The notes under the pieces: model-generated
Seen by the model: the letters and a program-made list of their open reading frames with translations, nothing else
Database searches by the model: none
What the model was told of the DNA's origin: nothing
Shown: positions 10,762 to 22,159 of the stretch, piece after piece
How positions within the stretch are numbered: position 1 is the stretch's first letter
How the letters are laid out: each line of letters starts with the position of its first letter
Translations under genes and position numbers: made by a program
Assembly: GCF_004010195.1 (NCBI RefSeq)
Contig: NC_057749.1
Coordinates: 13,042,399 to 13,075,951 of the forward strand
Direction of reading: 5' to 3'
Length of the DNA: 33,553 nucleotides
From: Chiloscyllium plagiosum
Taxonomy: Eukaryota

Positions 10762-12024
10762 TACTGCACCAAGCACTGTTCAGACCAACTGAATTCAAAG
10801 CCCAGAACAAAAGACAAATGCACCTACCACTCGCTGTCTTTGAGTCCAGCAACTCTAACCCCAAATCAGAACTACAGCACAAATCCCGCAAAGACACCCC
10901 AGGCTGTTATGGACCGGGCCAGACCCCCTCAAAACATTTTAAGAAAGTAACCCAGACCCTAACTTTCCTAGTTGTTTTAAGCAGGTGTAACACAGATATT
11001 CCAGGAGGGATACAGCTGGTCTAACCACTTAGTTTTAAACAAAACAGAATTTGTTTGCAATATTACCGAATGAAACACAAACAGAAGAGAACAGAATTCA
11101 GAATAACGTAACCTATCCGAAAACCCAACAGATTATCCCAATTTAATGATGCTGCTCCAAATCCCTGCAACAAGTCCCTATAAACACCGCTTGGCAAAAA
11201 AAGGTAAATCAAACGCTGGGTCTTACAGGAGAGATGTCAGAGAGAGGGATGGCAGCGAGATTCAGCATGGAACACATTCCTGGTAGCTGTGTCTTGGACC
11301 TGCAGCCTCAAAACTGACTGACTGCTTGCTCTGAACAGCCAGACTGCTAAAACCAAACCAAACCAGAGAAAAGCTTGGCTGGGAGAATTGGCCACTTCCC
11401 TTTCATTGTACAAATGCTTTTTTAAAAAAAAACTTAAAAGCTTCTTCAAGTAGATCAAGCCAGACATTTCGGAGCCTGTGTCTCGTAAAATATTTTTGAA
11501 AGAAAACCAAGGACAGCACAACCTTGTTAAAGGAGCAGCATTGTCACCCACCTACCACTTTACATAGTTCTCTCCCCCTTCAACTCTCACGCTGTCCTTC
11601 CCTCAATTTTCCCATCAAAAACTTTCCTCTAATTAGTTGTTTGCTCTGGTCTTGGTGTGGTCCATCCTGATCAGGCTCATTTCCATTGATATGTTCATTC
11701 CCTCAAGTTGAAGCAGTGCTGAACTGGCTCTATCTGCTATTTAACTGATTTACTGATCAATCTAGATCAAGTGCTATTGGATTGCACACTGCTCATCAAA
11801 GCTGACCATTCTTTCAGGATTGAGCAAGCATTACTGGGTTCCTGTCTACTCCCTGTAACCACCTTCCTAATGCCCCATCCCCAGGTCCCTGCCATCAGCA
11901 CTCACACTCAACAATAAGTTTAAGGGACACATACCCTTCCTGGTCCGTGGAACAATGATACTTTACTGTATCTCAGCAACATTATCTGTAAACAAAGCTC
12001 TTATGATTCTCCCCCATGCCCTGT

Positions 12025-12366
12025 TAGAAGTTTGTGGGGCGATCGGACAATGCAGCACACGGCCTACACCACCAGGGGGTGGAGAGGACACCATGTGACC
12101 CACTTGACATTGGGCTCATAAAGTGGATAATTAATAGTTGGTGTTCCTGTGGGCAGGCTCCTGACTGAGTTTTAAGCTGGGACTGCAGGGGAATGTTCCT
12201 CTGTAAAATCCAGCCTGTGATGTGAGGCTGCATTTACGATCAGCTCCCGATGTCTCGTGTCTCTGGGCTGTCCCACTGTCTGTCTGACAGTCGGAGCTGG
12301 ATGAACTACAACTTTGGTCAAATAGTTGCTGAGGCCATTGTCTTTGGTTATTGCCACAAACTCCTG
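12025..12366. mobile_element. Candidate MITE / non-autonomous DNA transposon
   Basis: Terminal inverted repeat TAGAAGTTTGTGG (12025-12037) vs CCACAAACTCCTG (12354-12366), 11/13 match; no clear TSD. Confidence 0.45.
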
Positions 12367-12389
12367 TCACAACTTTGTTCCTTCACCCT

Positions 12390-12630
12390 CAGACTAAACC
12401 TGATTGCAGGCATTTATCTCCTCCTAGTCTTCGGAGCCCAAACCCTCTGTGTCACTTTGGAGCCCAAACCCTCTGTGTCACTGAGGCCACCTATTTTCAG
12501 CAGTGAAACAGGCTACGATTTCAGGCTGCTGCTGAAACCCTGACCAATACCTTCACTACTTCTACACCTGGCCATTTTGATGTAATCCTGGCTGACCTTG
12601 CATATTCTTTCCTTCCCAAACTTTTCATCT
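12390..12630 (+). mobile_element. Very old L2 LINE ORF2 remnant, containing a 26-bp-period tandem duplication at 12433-12482
   Basis: AAETLTNTFTTS...ILADL resembles the L2 motif AAETLIHAFVTSRLDY...LLAGL; ggagcccaaaccctctgtgtcact occurs twice. Confidence 0.5.
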
Positions 12631-13562
12631 AACATTCCTAACTGTAGTTTATAGGAATAACAGTTTAATGCTCATAGCAGGACAGCACCATCAGTTTTGT
12701 CAAGTTATAAAACATGGCAACTTGAAGAGAGAAGCTTCTAGTGATGTCTTAGTTAATGAATGCTCCTGAGTTGGTTCCAACACACTGTCCCTTACTCCTC
12801 TGGTTAAGGATCCCAGAACCTGCTGCTGCTATTTTGTGACCAAATCCCATTCAGCCCTGAGCTAACTGACCTGCCCTGACCTCATTGCACCCAAACCACA
12901 CTCTCGGCTAATGGTTGCCGATGATGGGAGAGGTAAGTGGAGGACTCCGCAGCCATTTCACCATCAACACCTCAAGGGTCCAGGCCTGTCGATAGTCTGA
13001 GATCAGAAATATCAATCAGCTCCAACATTCATTAGGCTGCTGGAGTGATGTCCAATAGGAATTACATCACTTCTAAATGATTGTCCCAATACAAAAAGAA
13101 AAGCGAAAGAAAATCACAAAGTTATGAATTAAAAATACAAAAAAATAAGATTTTTTACTAAAATAAGTAAAGAAGGAATTAGGATTTATATTATAATTAA
13201 TTGAAGTGTAAATCTATGATTAGTTTAAACCATGCGATCTCAGTAGAGAGTGAATTAAGCAGAGTGTGAAATATATCGGATATGAGTAATTATAAGCAAT
13301 TGGAACAGACTAATCTGAGCCACCCTCTACCCTATAAAGAAAATTTGATATTTTGAAAGTGTTAAACCACAAGTTTGCGTAAACTTCATAACTCAGCCTT
13401 CTGTACTTGCTGCTATAGAACCATGTTTTACATTGCTTACCATTTGGCAATCCAAATCCCATTTATATTAAACTTGATATTTATGGAACTCTTTCTTGTA
13501 TAAATGTTCCCTTTGTAAGTTATACAAAAAACCTTTATATTTATGCCCCATGTCACCCTGAA

Positions 13563-13792
13563 TATGGTAGCTTAGTAGTTAACACAGCTGCCTCACAGTG
13601 CCAGGAACCAGGGATCGATTCAGGTAACTGGCTGTGTGGAGTTTGTACACTCTCCCTATGTCTGTGTCAGTGTGCTCTGGGTTTCTCCCACTGTCCAAAG
13701 ATGTGCCGGTTAGATGGATTGGCCATGCTAAATAGCCCCACAATGTGCAGGCCAGGTGGGTTAGCCACAGGAAATGTAGGGTTATAGGGTAT
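13563..13792 (+). mobile_element. HE1/V-type tRNA-derived SINE
   Basis: tRNA head (tagcttagtagttaacacagctgcctcacagtgcca), tgtgtggagtttgtacactctcc and tccaaagatgtg...ggattggccatgctaaat; homologous to 18657-18972, 30615-30872 and 32864-32956. Confidence 0.85.
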
Positions 13793-13895
13793 GTGTTTAC
13801 CTTCCCCCATATAAGCACCATGTGTGTATTGTTCGTTGTATAATCCACCATTACTGTACTCTACTAAAAGAATGGAGACCGTATTGTGCCATTCC

Positions 13896-14100
13896 GGTAC
13901 ATATAAAAGACCCCGGGACTATTTTAAGGAAGAATGGGGGATATTTTCTCTATGCTCTGGGCAATATTTAATCCGTAGCTGACACATTAAAAATTGGGAA
14001 CCTTTGTGAGCTTGCTGTGTGCAAATTGGTTGCTACAGTTTCTATATGACAACAGTGATGAAATTAAAATATACTTCACTGGGCTGTGAAACTTGCTGTA
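13896..14100 (+). mobile_element. Deu-domain SINE remnant (SacSINE1/AmnSINE-like)
   Basis: taaaagaccc...actattt...gaagaa, ggcaatatttaatcc and gagcttgctgtgtgcaaattggttgct...acaacagtga...tacttcactggg match the Deu core as I recall it. Confidence 0.7.
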
Positions 14101-14925
14101 GAATTCTGAACTCCTTCTTTCGACAAAGGCAGGCTAAAAATGATGATTGTGGTCAAGTTGTCACTCCTTGGAACTGGGGCCTTTAAGAGGCCGACAGTCA
14201 GATATTTGGCTCTGGGCTGTCTTCCAGTTTCTCATTCGTTCCTTCCTATTTGTAGCAGACTCTGGTAAGGTTTGGAACACAGATGTGTAAATGATCACTG
14301 ATCAAGCCAGACATTGCTTCCATCTACTGAGCTTCCTCTGAGCTCATTCCAAAAAAAACACCATTTGAAATGTACGTTGCAAATCCTTGGCTGGGAATAA
14401 CAGAGTCTCAGGGGACACCTTGCAGCTGAAGTTAAAAATTCTCATCATGCTATTTGGCCACTAATATACTCCTTCCCCCACGGGCACTGATAGGACATCT
14501 GTGAATTTAATTGCGAGCTAAGCCATTTGGCCACATTGGAAGAAATATTTAGAGTGGAATTCAAATCAGAACATTGCCCAATCACGAATCAAAACCAATG
14601 AAGAATAGAATATTCTGTCTAATTTATAGAAGTTATCTCCTCTCTCAATGTGCTCCTGGCGTCTCTTTCCTGTTAACAATTCAGGCGGTTTGCTCATTTG
14701 TCTGTCTCTAGAATAGCCAAATGCTCAGCTTGAGGACGATTGTTCAGATCCTGTATACACGTTGGTAATTTTAACAGATGTTAGAAGTCCTCAGTGACTG
14801 ATCTTCAGCCAAATGACCATCCGTTATCACGAAACAGCCTTCATTTCAGAATTTGCAACACTGCCCCCTGAAGACTGAGACTGGAGGATGTATAGACATC
14901 ACAATTTAACAACTTCTGTAAGAGT

Positions 14926-15612
14926 CACACACACACAGACTCTCAGTGGGGTACAGCCCACACACACACTGACTCTCACTGGGGTACAGTACCACACACA
15001 CAGACTCTCACTGGGGTACAGTACCACACACACAGACTCTCACTGGGGTACAGTCCCACACACACACTGACTCACACTGGGGTACAGCCCACACACACAC
15101 TGACTCTCACTGGGGTACAGTACCACACACACAGACTCTCACTGGGGTACAGTACCGCACACACAGACTCTCCCTTGGGTACAGTCCCATACACACAGAC
15201 TCTCACTGGGGTACAGCCCACACACACACTGACTCTCACTGTGGGACAGTCCCACACGCACTGACTCTCACTGGGGTACAGTCCCACACACACACTGCCC
15301 CTCACTGGGTGACAGTCCACACACACACTGACTCTCACTGGGGGACAGTCTCACACACACACTGACTCTCACTGGGGTATAGTCCCACATACACAAACAT
15401 ACTGACCCTCACTGGGGTACAGGGTCCCACACACAGACTCTCACTGGGGTATTGTCCCACACACACTAACACTCACTGGGGTACTGTCCCACACACACTG
15501 ACTCTCAGTGGGGTACACTCCCACACACACTGACTCTCACTGGGGTATCGTCCCACACACAATGACTCTCACTGGGGTATCGTCCCACACACACTAACAC
15601 TCACTGGGGTAC
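14926..15612. repeat. Minisatellite, ~32-33 bp unit, ~21 copies
   Basis: Unit ~(CA)4-5 CTGACTCTCACTGGGGTACAGTCC with variable CA tract. Confidence 0.95.
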
Positions 15613-16088
15613 TGGCCTCAATTGGTGCCTTTGAATAATGGACACATACTCTTCCACTCCAGAGCTCAAAAGAAACCAATGGGGACCTGGGACATGGTAA
15701 ATAAGTAGGCCATTCCGCCCTTCAAGCCTGCTCATGGGTAGGTACCATAACTTCCCTAAATTTGAGTTTCTGATGTCTTGGGGAGATGTTGGTAACAACA
15801 CAAGTCCAGGGAAGCAGCTTCCTGATTTCCATATTTTATTGCCCATGTGTTGTAGCATATTGTTGTCTGATTTACTCCTTAACAGCAGGTGAGAGCTGAC
15901 AACCTCCCTGTTATTTTTATGACAAAATCCAGCCTCCTTTACCTTTTGTCATCCTGTATTCAGTGATCAGTGATGTACCTGGTCAAACATGAGAGAAACA
16001 GTGATGTTATCTGAGCATGATGGAGCTTGAAGGCTGACTGAATGAGAAGGGATGAGAGGTGTAGTAACTGGGAAACTAAAATATATCA

Positions 16089-16179
16089 TGATTTGGAGAT
16101 GATGAAGGAGCGTCACTCTGAAAGCTAGTGTGCTTCCAATTAAACCTGTTGGACTATAACCTGGTGTTGTGTGATTTTT
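16089..16179 (+). mobile_element. 91-bp Penelope-pLTR-like mini-insertion with a truncated hammerhead motif
   Basis: Perfect 15-bp direct repeat AACTAAAATATATCA at 16074-16088 and 16180-16194; internal (a)UGAUGA-A-GGAG-cguca-CUCU-GAAA-G-CUA. Confidence 0.72.
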
Positions 16180-16789
16180 AACTAAAATATATCAGTTAGG
16201 CACCTCCGGTGGGTATAGTCTGAATAAATGACTGCGTTTCCCCTTGCCCAGGTGATGTACAAATGATGTAATTGAGAAGCAGGTTAGAATGTATGCATTA
16301 GGCTGTGCTTTGTGCTCTGTAAGTCGTCCCATCATTCATATTAATCAATCACCTGCTTATTGCAAATAAAAATGCAAAATAGCAATCCGTCTTACTGGGA
16401 ATGTTTCCACATTTTCTTATCAGCAAACAGTACAGTAACTGGCCCCAAACTCACATATATCAGCTCCTCTGGGATTTAAAATCCGCAGCACTTAGCCAAG
16501 CATTACTGTGTTTACAAATGGAGATGACTTGTTAACACGCATTCACTAATTAAAAGCAACACTTTAAAGAAAAGGACCTAGCTGAACAATTACTGAGGTA
16601 GTGGCAGCTCACAGCAACTATTCATCACGAAACATTGGGTTTAATACCTGCCTTAGTTACAACTCCCAGCTAACTTCAGTCACACAGTTCAGCCAAGGAG
16701 CATCAGACACTACTGTACACTGTTCATTATTGATTCACAATTCAAACCACACATACTGTTAGAAATTAGAGACAGGCTCACAGGATGCC

Positions 16790-16955
16790 TCAAAACCACA
16801 AAATCCCAAAAACCACAAACCACCCAGAATCCCAAGAAAACACCCCCTAAAAACCCCCAAAAACTGACCAACTCCAAAAAACCCCGCACCCCCAAAAACC
16901 CCAAAAACCGACAAACTCCAAAAAAACCCACAAACCCCAAAATCCCACAAACCCA
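16790..16955. repeat. A/C-rich low-complexity tract (alternating An/Cn runs)
   Basis: Directly visible, e.g. aaaaccccaaaaacc. Confidence 0.9.
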
Positions 16956-17269
16956 AGTACCCTGAGGACCGTGACAGTAAAATTAAGAAAGCAGCATTTC
17001 TGTCTGTTTGATCATTTCTATTTGATTGTGTCTTGAAAGGGGGATGGGAACTTATGGATTTCCACATTGACCTTCATGTGTGCAGAGTCTGGGAGTCACT
17101 GTCAGTTTCGGAAAGTGCAGGCACAGTTCCCTCCATCAGTGTTACTGTGACATTCAGGGCATTATGTTAAACTCTTCAATCAATCGCTGTCCATCTCAAC
17201 ACAGAAAGGAATTCAAAACATGTTGACATGACCTTCCCTCACTAGTTCACTATGTAACCTCCATGGTTA

Positions 17270-17600
17270 GGAAGGTGTAGTGCTAATGTCATATGGGCTA
17301 GTAATCCAGGTTAATGGTCTTTGCTTAGGAGTTCAATTCCTGATGTGACAGGTGGTGAAATTTACACTCAATTAATAAAACTGGAATATAGAGGTAGTCC
17401 CACTAATTCTGATTATGAAGTAATCATCAAATGTTGTGAAAAACCAGCTAGTTCCCAACCTTTCAGCAGGTTGTCTGCTCTCCTCACCAGGGTTTGACCT
17501 ACATGTGACTCCAGACGGCTGTATAATCTGAACCACTGCCCATTTCAAGGGCAGTTAAAGATGAAGAATAAATGTTGGCTTTGCCAGTGATGCATGGAAG
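17270..17600 (+). mobile_element. tRNA-derived SINE (second family), degenerate
   Basis: Colinear with 25482-25783: gtagtg...ctagtaatccag...gttcaattcc...atgtgactccaga...gggcagtta...aataaatgttggc. Confidence 0.75.
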
Positions 17601-17849
17601 AAGCCTGATGCCTACCTGCCCCTCCTGGGATGTGGCTCCCTGAATGGGGACCACGCTCTGGGGGGCTCAGCCATTTTATTTTATGAAGGAATTGGGATTT
17701 GTTGCGTATGCAGCCAAACAGAGTCTACCCCTCTCCTATCCACATGCAGGGATCTGCTGGTTGCTCTGGGGTGGGAAGGAAATAACTTCCTGATCTACCT
17801 CGTCTCTTGTGTCCAAGAGAAAAGGGGATTATTGCATGCTACATGGATC

Positions 17850-19172
17850 TGTTAAAGACCATATCTTTTTATTTTTCTGTATTTTTGATTGTAGACTGAA
17901 ATGGAGAAAAAGACTGTTTTAAGAACCAAGGTTTGTGAAAGGGATTGTTGCGTGTTTTAAAAACATGTTTCCGCACACTCACTATAAGCACTGTTTACAC
18001 AGCTGCTGCATCAGGGAGTGGGGAGATCTGGTTACACACCAGCAGGAGGCAGGAGGCTTTGCACGAATGGAGCTTCACCTAGCAACAAGCAACTGATTGG
18101 TTTGTGACTTGTGACTAGTTGTAGATGACAACGGTCTCCTGCCTGCCAAAGCCAAGTAATTGGCTGCTGGATCACTGAACAGTCTCTTGGGGCTATGAAT
18201 GTTTTTGCAGAAGTCATTGGATTTATTTTTCTCTGCAGTAAAAAGCATTTTAAGCTTTAAGGTAGTCAAATTATTTCCCTTTTTCACAGGTTGTTGTAAT
18301 CTGTGACTGTGTCAGAAATCATTATAAATGTGACCCAGTAACCCTGTGCCTCCTGCTAGCAAGTGGAAGTATCTGGAGAAGAAAGATGGAGAAACTCCAT
18401 TCTAATCAGCAAAAGGATCATCTCAACAAACCCTGTGGACAAGGACCAGGGAACTATCTTCTGCCAGCCTTCCCTCTGTCCATAACACCCATGTTTTATG
18501 TGTGTGGGTATGAACATGTGTGTGTCTGTGTGATATGTGTGTGTGTGAGAGAAGGTGGTGAGTGAGTGTTCATGCTTGCATAAAGGGGGAGTTTTATAAA
18601 TGGGTTAGAGATTCATCTAATAGAGTAGAGTGATATGTTGACAGTTCATAACTGTTTAGAATCATAGAATTCTTATCGTGTGGAAAGAGGCCATTTGGCC
18701 CATTGAGTCTGCATCAACCCTCTGAAGAGCACTGCATCCAGGTTCACCCCGCTAACCTCTCCCTGTAACCCTGCTTTTCCCTTGGCTAATACACCTAGCC
18801 TGCATATCCCTGGACACAATGGGTAATTTAACATGGCCAATCCACCCTAACCTGCACCGAGAGGAAACCCACACAGACACAGGAAGAATGTGCAAACTCC
18901 ACACAGACAGTCGCCCGAGACTGGAATCGGACCAGGGTCCCTGGTGTTGTAAGGCAGCAGTGCTAATCACTGTTTATCTGTAGTTAGACCTATTTATTTG
19001 TAATAAGTAGTCAGTTTTATTAAGAACAGAAACCCTCCTGGTCCATGCTTTCTGTTAGCCTGGGTCTAAGAGAAAGATAAAGTAGGGAATTCCACATCCT
19101 GTTAAACACATTTCACATGACCACAGCAAAAGCAGGGTTTGAGTTTCAGACACTACCCCAAGAATCATGATA
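17850..19172 (+). mobile_element. Possible old solo LTR (boundaries uncertain), interrupted by a SINE
   Basis: TGTTA start, internal TG-rich tract, and a 3' part resembling shark LTR U5 sequence from recall only; no TSD found. Confidence 0.3.
18657..18972 (-). mobile_element. HE1/V-type SINE, near full length
   Basis: CR1-type tail tagaatcatagaat at left and tRNA head at right; candidate TSD ACTGTTTA at 18651-18658 and 18969-18976. Confidence 0.88.
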
Positions 19173-20164
19173 AATGGGAAAACATAGAGTGAGCCATGTC
19201 TTGGAGAGTAGGTTCAGCCTCATAATCATAGCCTTCAGTGTGCACTGGCTTTATCTGGTTTGGTGTCAGATTCCAGCCTGGAGGACATATACCCCCAACT
19301 CAGTGAGGAATACACCAATTATCAGGTGCTCATAAAGCATTGAAAAATCTTCTGTACTTTCTCAGCTGACCCTGGTTACTCATGAGCAAGAGCTAAAAGC
19401 ATAATTACTACACTTAAACCGATGAACAACTGCTCCTGGTGCTTTAATGGAAGGTGCATCAAAAGGAGAGCATTTCAATCAGCTCCCTGATTCCAGCTCA
19501 GTCACCTCCTGTGAATAACTGTGAATTTAAACTCATGACTGGGCTGGGTAAACCTCAACAACTTTCCAATGTATGGTTAGTACTGGAAATGGGAGTTAGA
19601 GTTGATTCACATGAAGGTCTTTGAGTGTCTCCATGAAGGGTCACAGGGGCTCTCACAGGCTGGATAAGAAAATGATATCATTTAACAGGCTGCTTCTGGC
19701 AGTGGGGATGGAGGGAAAGATGCAAAATCAATAACAGACAATGGCTTCCTGTTTGGAGCAGCCTTAGCACTACAGACAGCAGTAACAAGAGTGGATGTGA
19801 TAACTGGGTCTGTGTGCCTGTCTTCGAGCAGCTCAGGTGATGAGAAATAAGTATGAGAGGAGAAGGGGAGGGAGAGCAGTGCCTTTATAAACATGGGGTT
19901 TCTCCAGCCAACCACAGATGGGCCAGTGAAGGGGAACAGGAACCTGACCATCATGGCAGAATGAAGGAACCAAATCGAAACAGAACAGCAAAGAGGAGAA
20001 TGAAAGGATTAACCAACAACCTTTACAGCCAGTACCAGCACAGACCACTGGAGCCAGGAGCAGGAATAGATTCTGAGAGCTGCTTATCCGTTCAATCTGA
20101 TCAGATTGATGTCCTCTGCATCAACTTCCCTTTCCTGACCATTCCCCATTTCACATGATATCAT

Positions 20165-20235
20165 CCAGAACATTGACTCTGCTTTCCCTCCACAGATGCT
20201 GCCAGACCTGTCGAGATTTTCCAGGAACTTCTCAT
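20165..20235 (+). mobile_element. Penelope pLTR remnant
   Basis: ctccacagatgctgccagacctg is shared with 21209-21232 and, inverted and degenerate, with 32290-32320. Confidence 0.6.
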
Positions 20236-20284
20236 ATTTATCTCCATGACACGTGTCTAACAATGTCGAACTACTTGGGATAGA

Positions 20285-20490
20285 CCATTCTAAAGCCTCT
20301 CAACCCTCTCAGGCAAAGAGATTTGTCCTCATCTCTTAAATGATGAATCTGTTACCCTGAGTCTATTTACTCCTGGTGTAGACTCTCCAGCTGGGGAATA
20401 TCACCTGCCAACACCAACCCTGCAAGACAATCTCTGAATCTTATCGATTTCAATTCGATCACCTCTCATTCTTTCAAACTTCTGGGCAGT
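20285..20490 (-). mobile_element. Old CR1 ORF2 C-terminal remnant
   Basis: Degenerate reverse complement of the FSLE...RGDLIE...KI...F...W region. Confidence 0.55.
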
Positions 20491-20544
20491 AATGTGGAAC
20501 ATATCCCCATCCCCAATCCTGATAAGACCATCCTCTCAGCCCAG

Positions 20545-21298
20545 AAGCACCCACTCTCAGGCAAATACATCATTTGTTGTCCCTTAATCTCATCCTTCCT
20601 CATTGTCTGAGGTTCAAACAATCCTTCAGGTTGAAGCAGTGATTTACTCATATTTCTTTCAATCTAGTCCCCAGTATTCCATGCTCACAATGCGGCCTTC
20701 TCTATAATGAGGAAATTAAATGCTGACTGGGTGATCATTTTGCCAATCATCTCCACTCTCTCCAGAAGAATGACCCCAACCTTCCGATCGCTTCCCATCT
20801 CAATGCAGCACCTTGCCCTGATGCTGACATCTCTGTTCTTGGTCTCTGAGCAAAGCCCAATCTAAGCTGGAGGGACAACAATCCCCATTCCACTGAGACC
20901 CTTTACAGCCTTCAAGACTCAACATTGAGTTCAACAACTTCAGGTCATGAACATTGAATTCCAATTTGCTGTAATTTTTCCTCCAGTGTCTGTATCCTGT
21001 TTACATGGTTTTATTTATAACCAGAGCTAACCTTTATTCTGTTATTAACACCCACCATGGACAGCGATTTGTCCTTCTCCACAACTATTTCCATTCCCTT
21101 TGATTTTTATGATCTCCAATCTCCCTCACACTCAAACCTTCCTCTGACCTGCCCTCCTGTTCCACTTGGTGCTTCAGATCCGAGGAAGAGGCAGACTGGA
21201 CTCAAAACTCTCCACAGATGCTGCCAGACCTGCTGAGTTTCTCCAGCAGCACTTTCTGTATGTGTTTCAGATTTCCAGACTCAGCAGTATTGTGCTGT
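20545..21298 (+). mobile_element. Old Penelope-like element of a different family (possibly Neptune-type): GIY-YIG domain and pLTR
   Basis: Translates to ISFNLVPSIPCSQCGLLYNEEIKC*LGDHFANHLHSL...PIASHLN...LNIEFNNFR; decayed hammerhead CCGAGGA-A-GAGGC..GACTC-AAAA at 21180-21207. Confidence 0.78.
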
Positions 21299-21408
21299 TA
21301 GGAGATCATTTCCTGTGTTTGTAGTTTAGTAGCTGCACTGCAGAACATCTGTCACTGAAACCCTACAGAATTGTAGCATAAATTCATTCCTGTTAGATAG
21401 TTTCCTGA

Positions 21409-21509
21409 TTGACCTGTTCAGATATTATTGCACACTTCTGGAGCAGGTGGAACTTGAAGTGGGCCTCCTAGCCCAGAGATATGGGCACTACCATTTACTA
21501 CAAGGGTCC
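21409..21509 (-). mobile_element. Short tRNA-derived SINE
   Basis: Minus strand has A-box-like tagtaaatggta, B-box-like ttcaagttcc and a short tail; too degenerate to be a tRNA gene. Confidence 0.55.
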
Positions 21510-21617
21510 TTCTTTGTTCATGTTCAGGATACCCCAATTACCTGCTGGAGCTACAACCCTCTCTAAGGCTTTGAATTCTGAAATTGAGATGACACCCCAG
21601 CTGATCTGGAGGCTGTA

Positions 21618-21762
21618 TGATCCCACAAAGAGTAAGTTGGCTGTGTCTGGGCGATGTCTCTGTAGGTGTTGTTGAAGGATTAATATTGAGCAGGGCATTA
21701 GAGGAAACTCCCTTCCTACTCTTCAGCCTAATACTGGAGCAACTTTGACATTCTCCTGAGAC
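21618..21762 (-). mobile_element. Deu-domain SINE remnant
   Basis: gatcccacaaa...gttgaaggattaatattg...gaaactccc...ctcttc is the reverse complement of the Deu core (compare 13896-14100). Confidence 0.55.
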
Positions 21763-22159
21763 ACAAGACCGAAAAAATTAAAGAAATGGTAGTGAGCCAG
21801 GAATGCTGGGGAATGCTGCGCTCAAAGTCAATGAAATCATTTCCCAGTGAAGGGGTTGATGCTGACAATACAAACAATCTGGATGTGGAAACAGTGAGAT
21901 GTGTTTCTGAAAGCCCATATGATGTATATCATTCAGGGAGAAGCTCATTGAGAGAGTTGGTAAATTAAGTGATCAACGTGTTTTCAGTGGCATTATAGTG
22001 AGGCAGCAGCTTAGTTTAGAGTCTGTATGTACAAGGTACTTTGAGTTGCTGAAGAATAATCAACACCGTCAGGGCATGGCCTTGCTTAAAGGAGGAAAGT
22101 ATCACAATTAACTGCACAGGTCTCACCAACAAATTGCATTTCTGTATAATCCACCCTGA

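Larger units (their letters stand above)
9643..11548 (-). mobile_element. Gypsy-type LTR retrotransposon spanning the gap: 5' LTR 10905-11548, partial 3' LTR 9643-10013
   Basis: Two direct repeats both starting TGTTATGGACC on +; degenerate tRNA-Pro-like PBS (10881-10901) next to the 5' LTR; gag-like start follows; possible degenerate 4-bp TSD CTCC/CACC. Confidence 0.82.

Noticed and set aside
9934..10792. Long 200-284 aa ORFs
   Set aside because: Artefacts of translating through the N gap
14926..15612. CRISPR-like array (also 27335-28100)
   Set aside because: No unique spacers, no cas genes, vertebrate TE context; ordinary minisatellites
21409..21509. tRNA genes (also the SINE heads at 13563, 25490, 32864)
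   Set aside because: A/B boxes continue into SINE bodies; no complete cloverleaf
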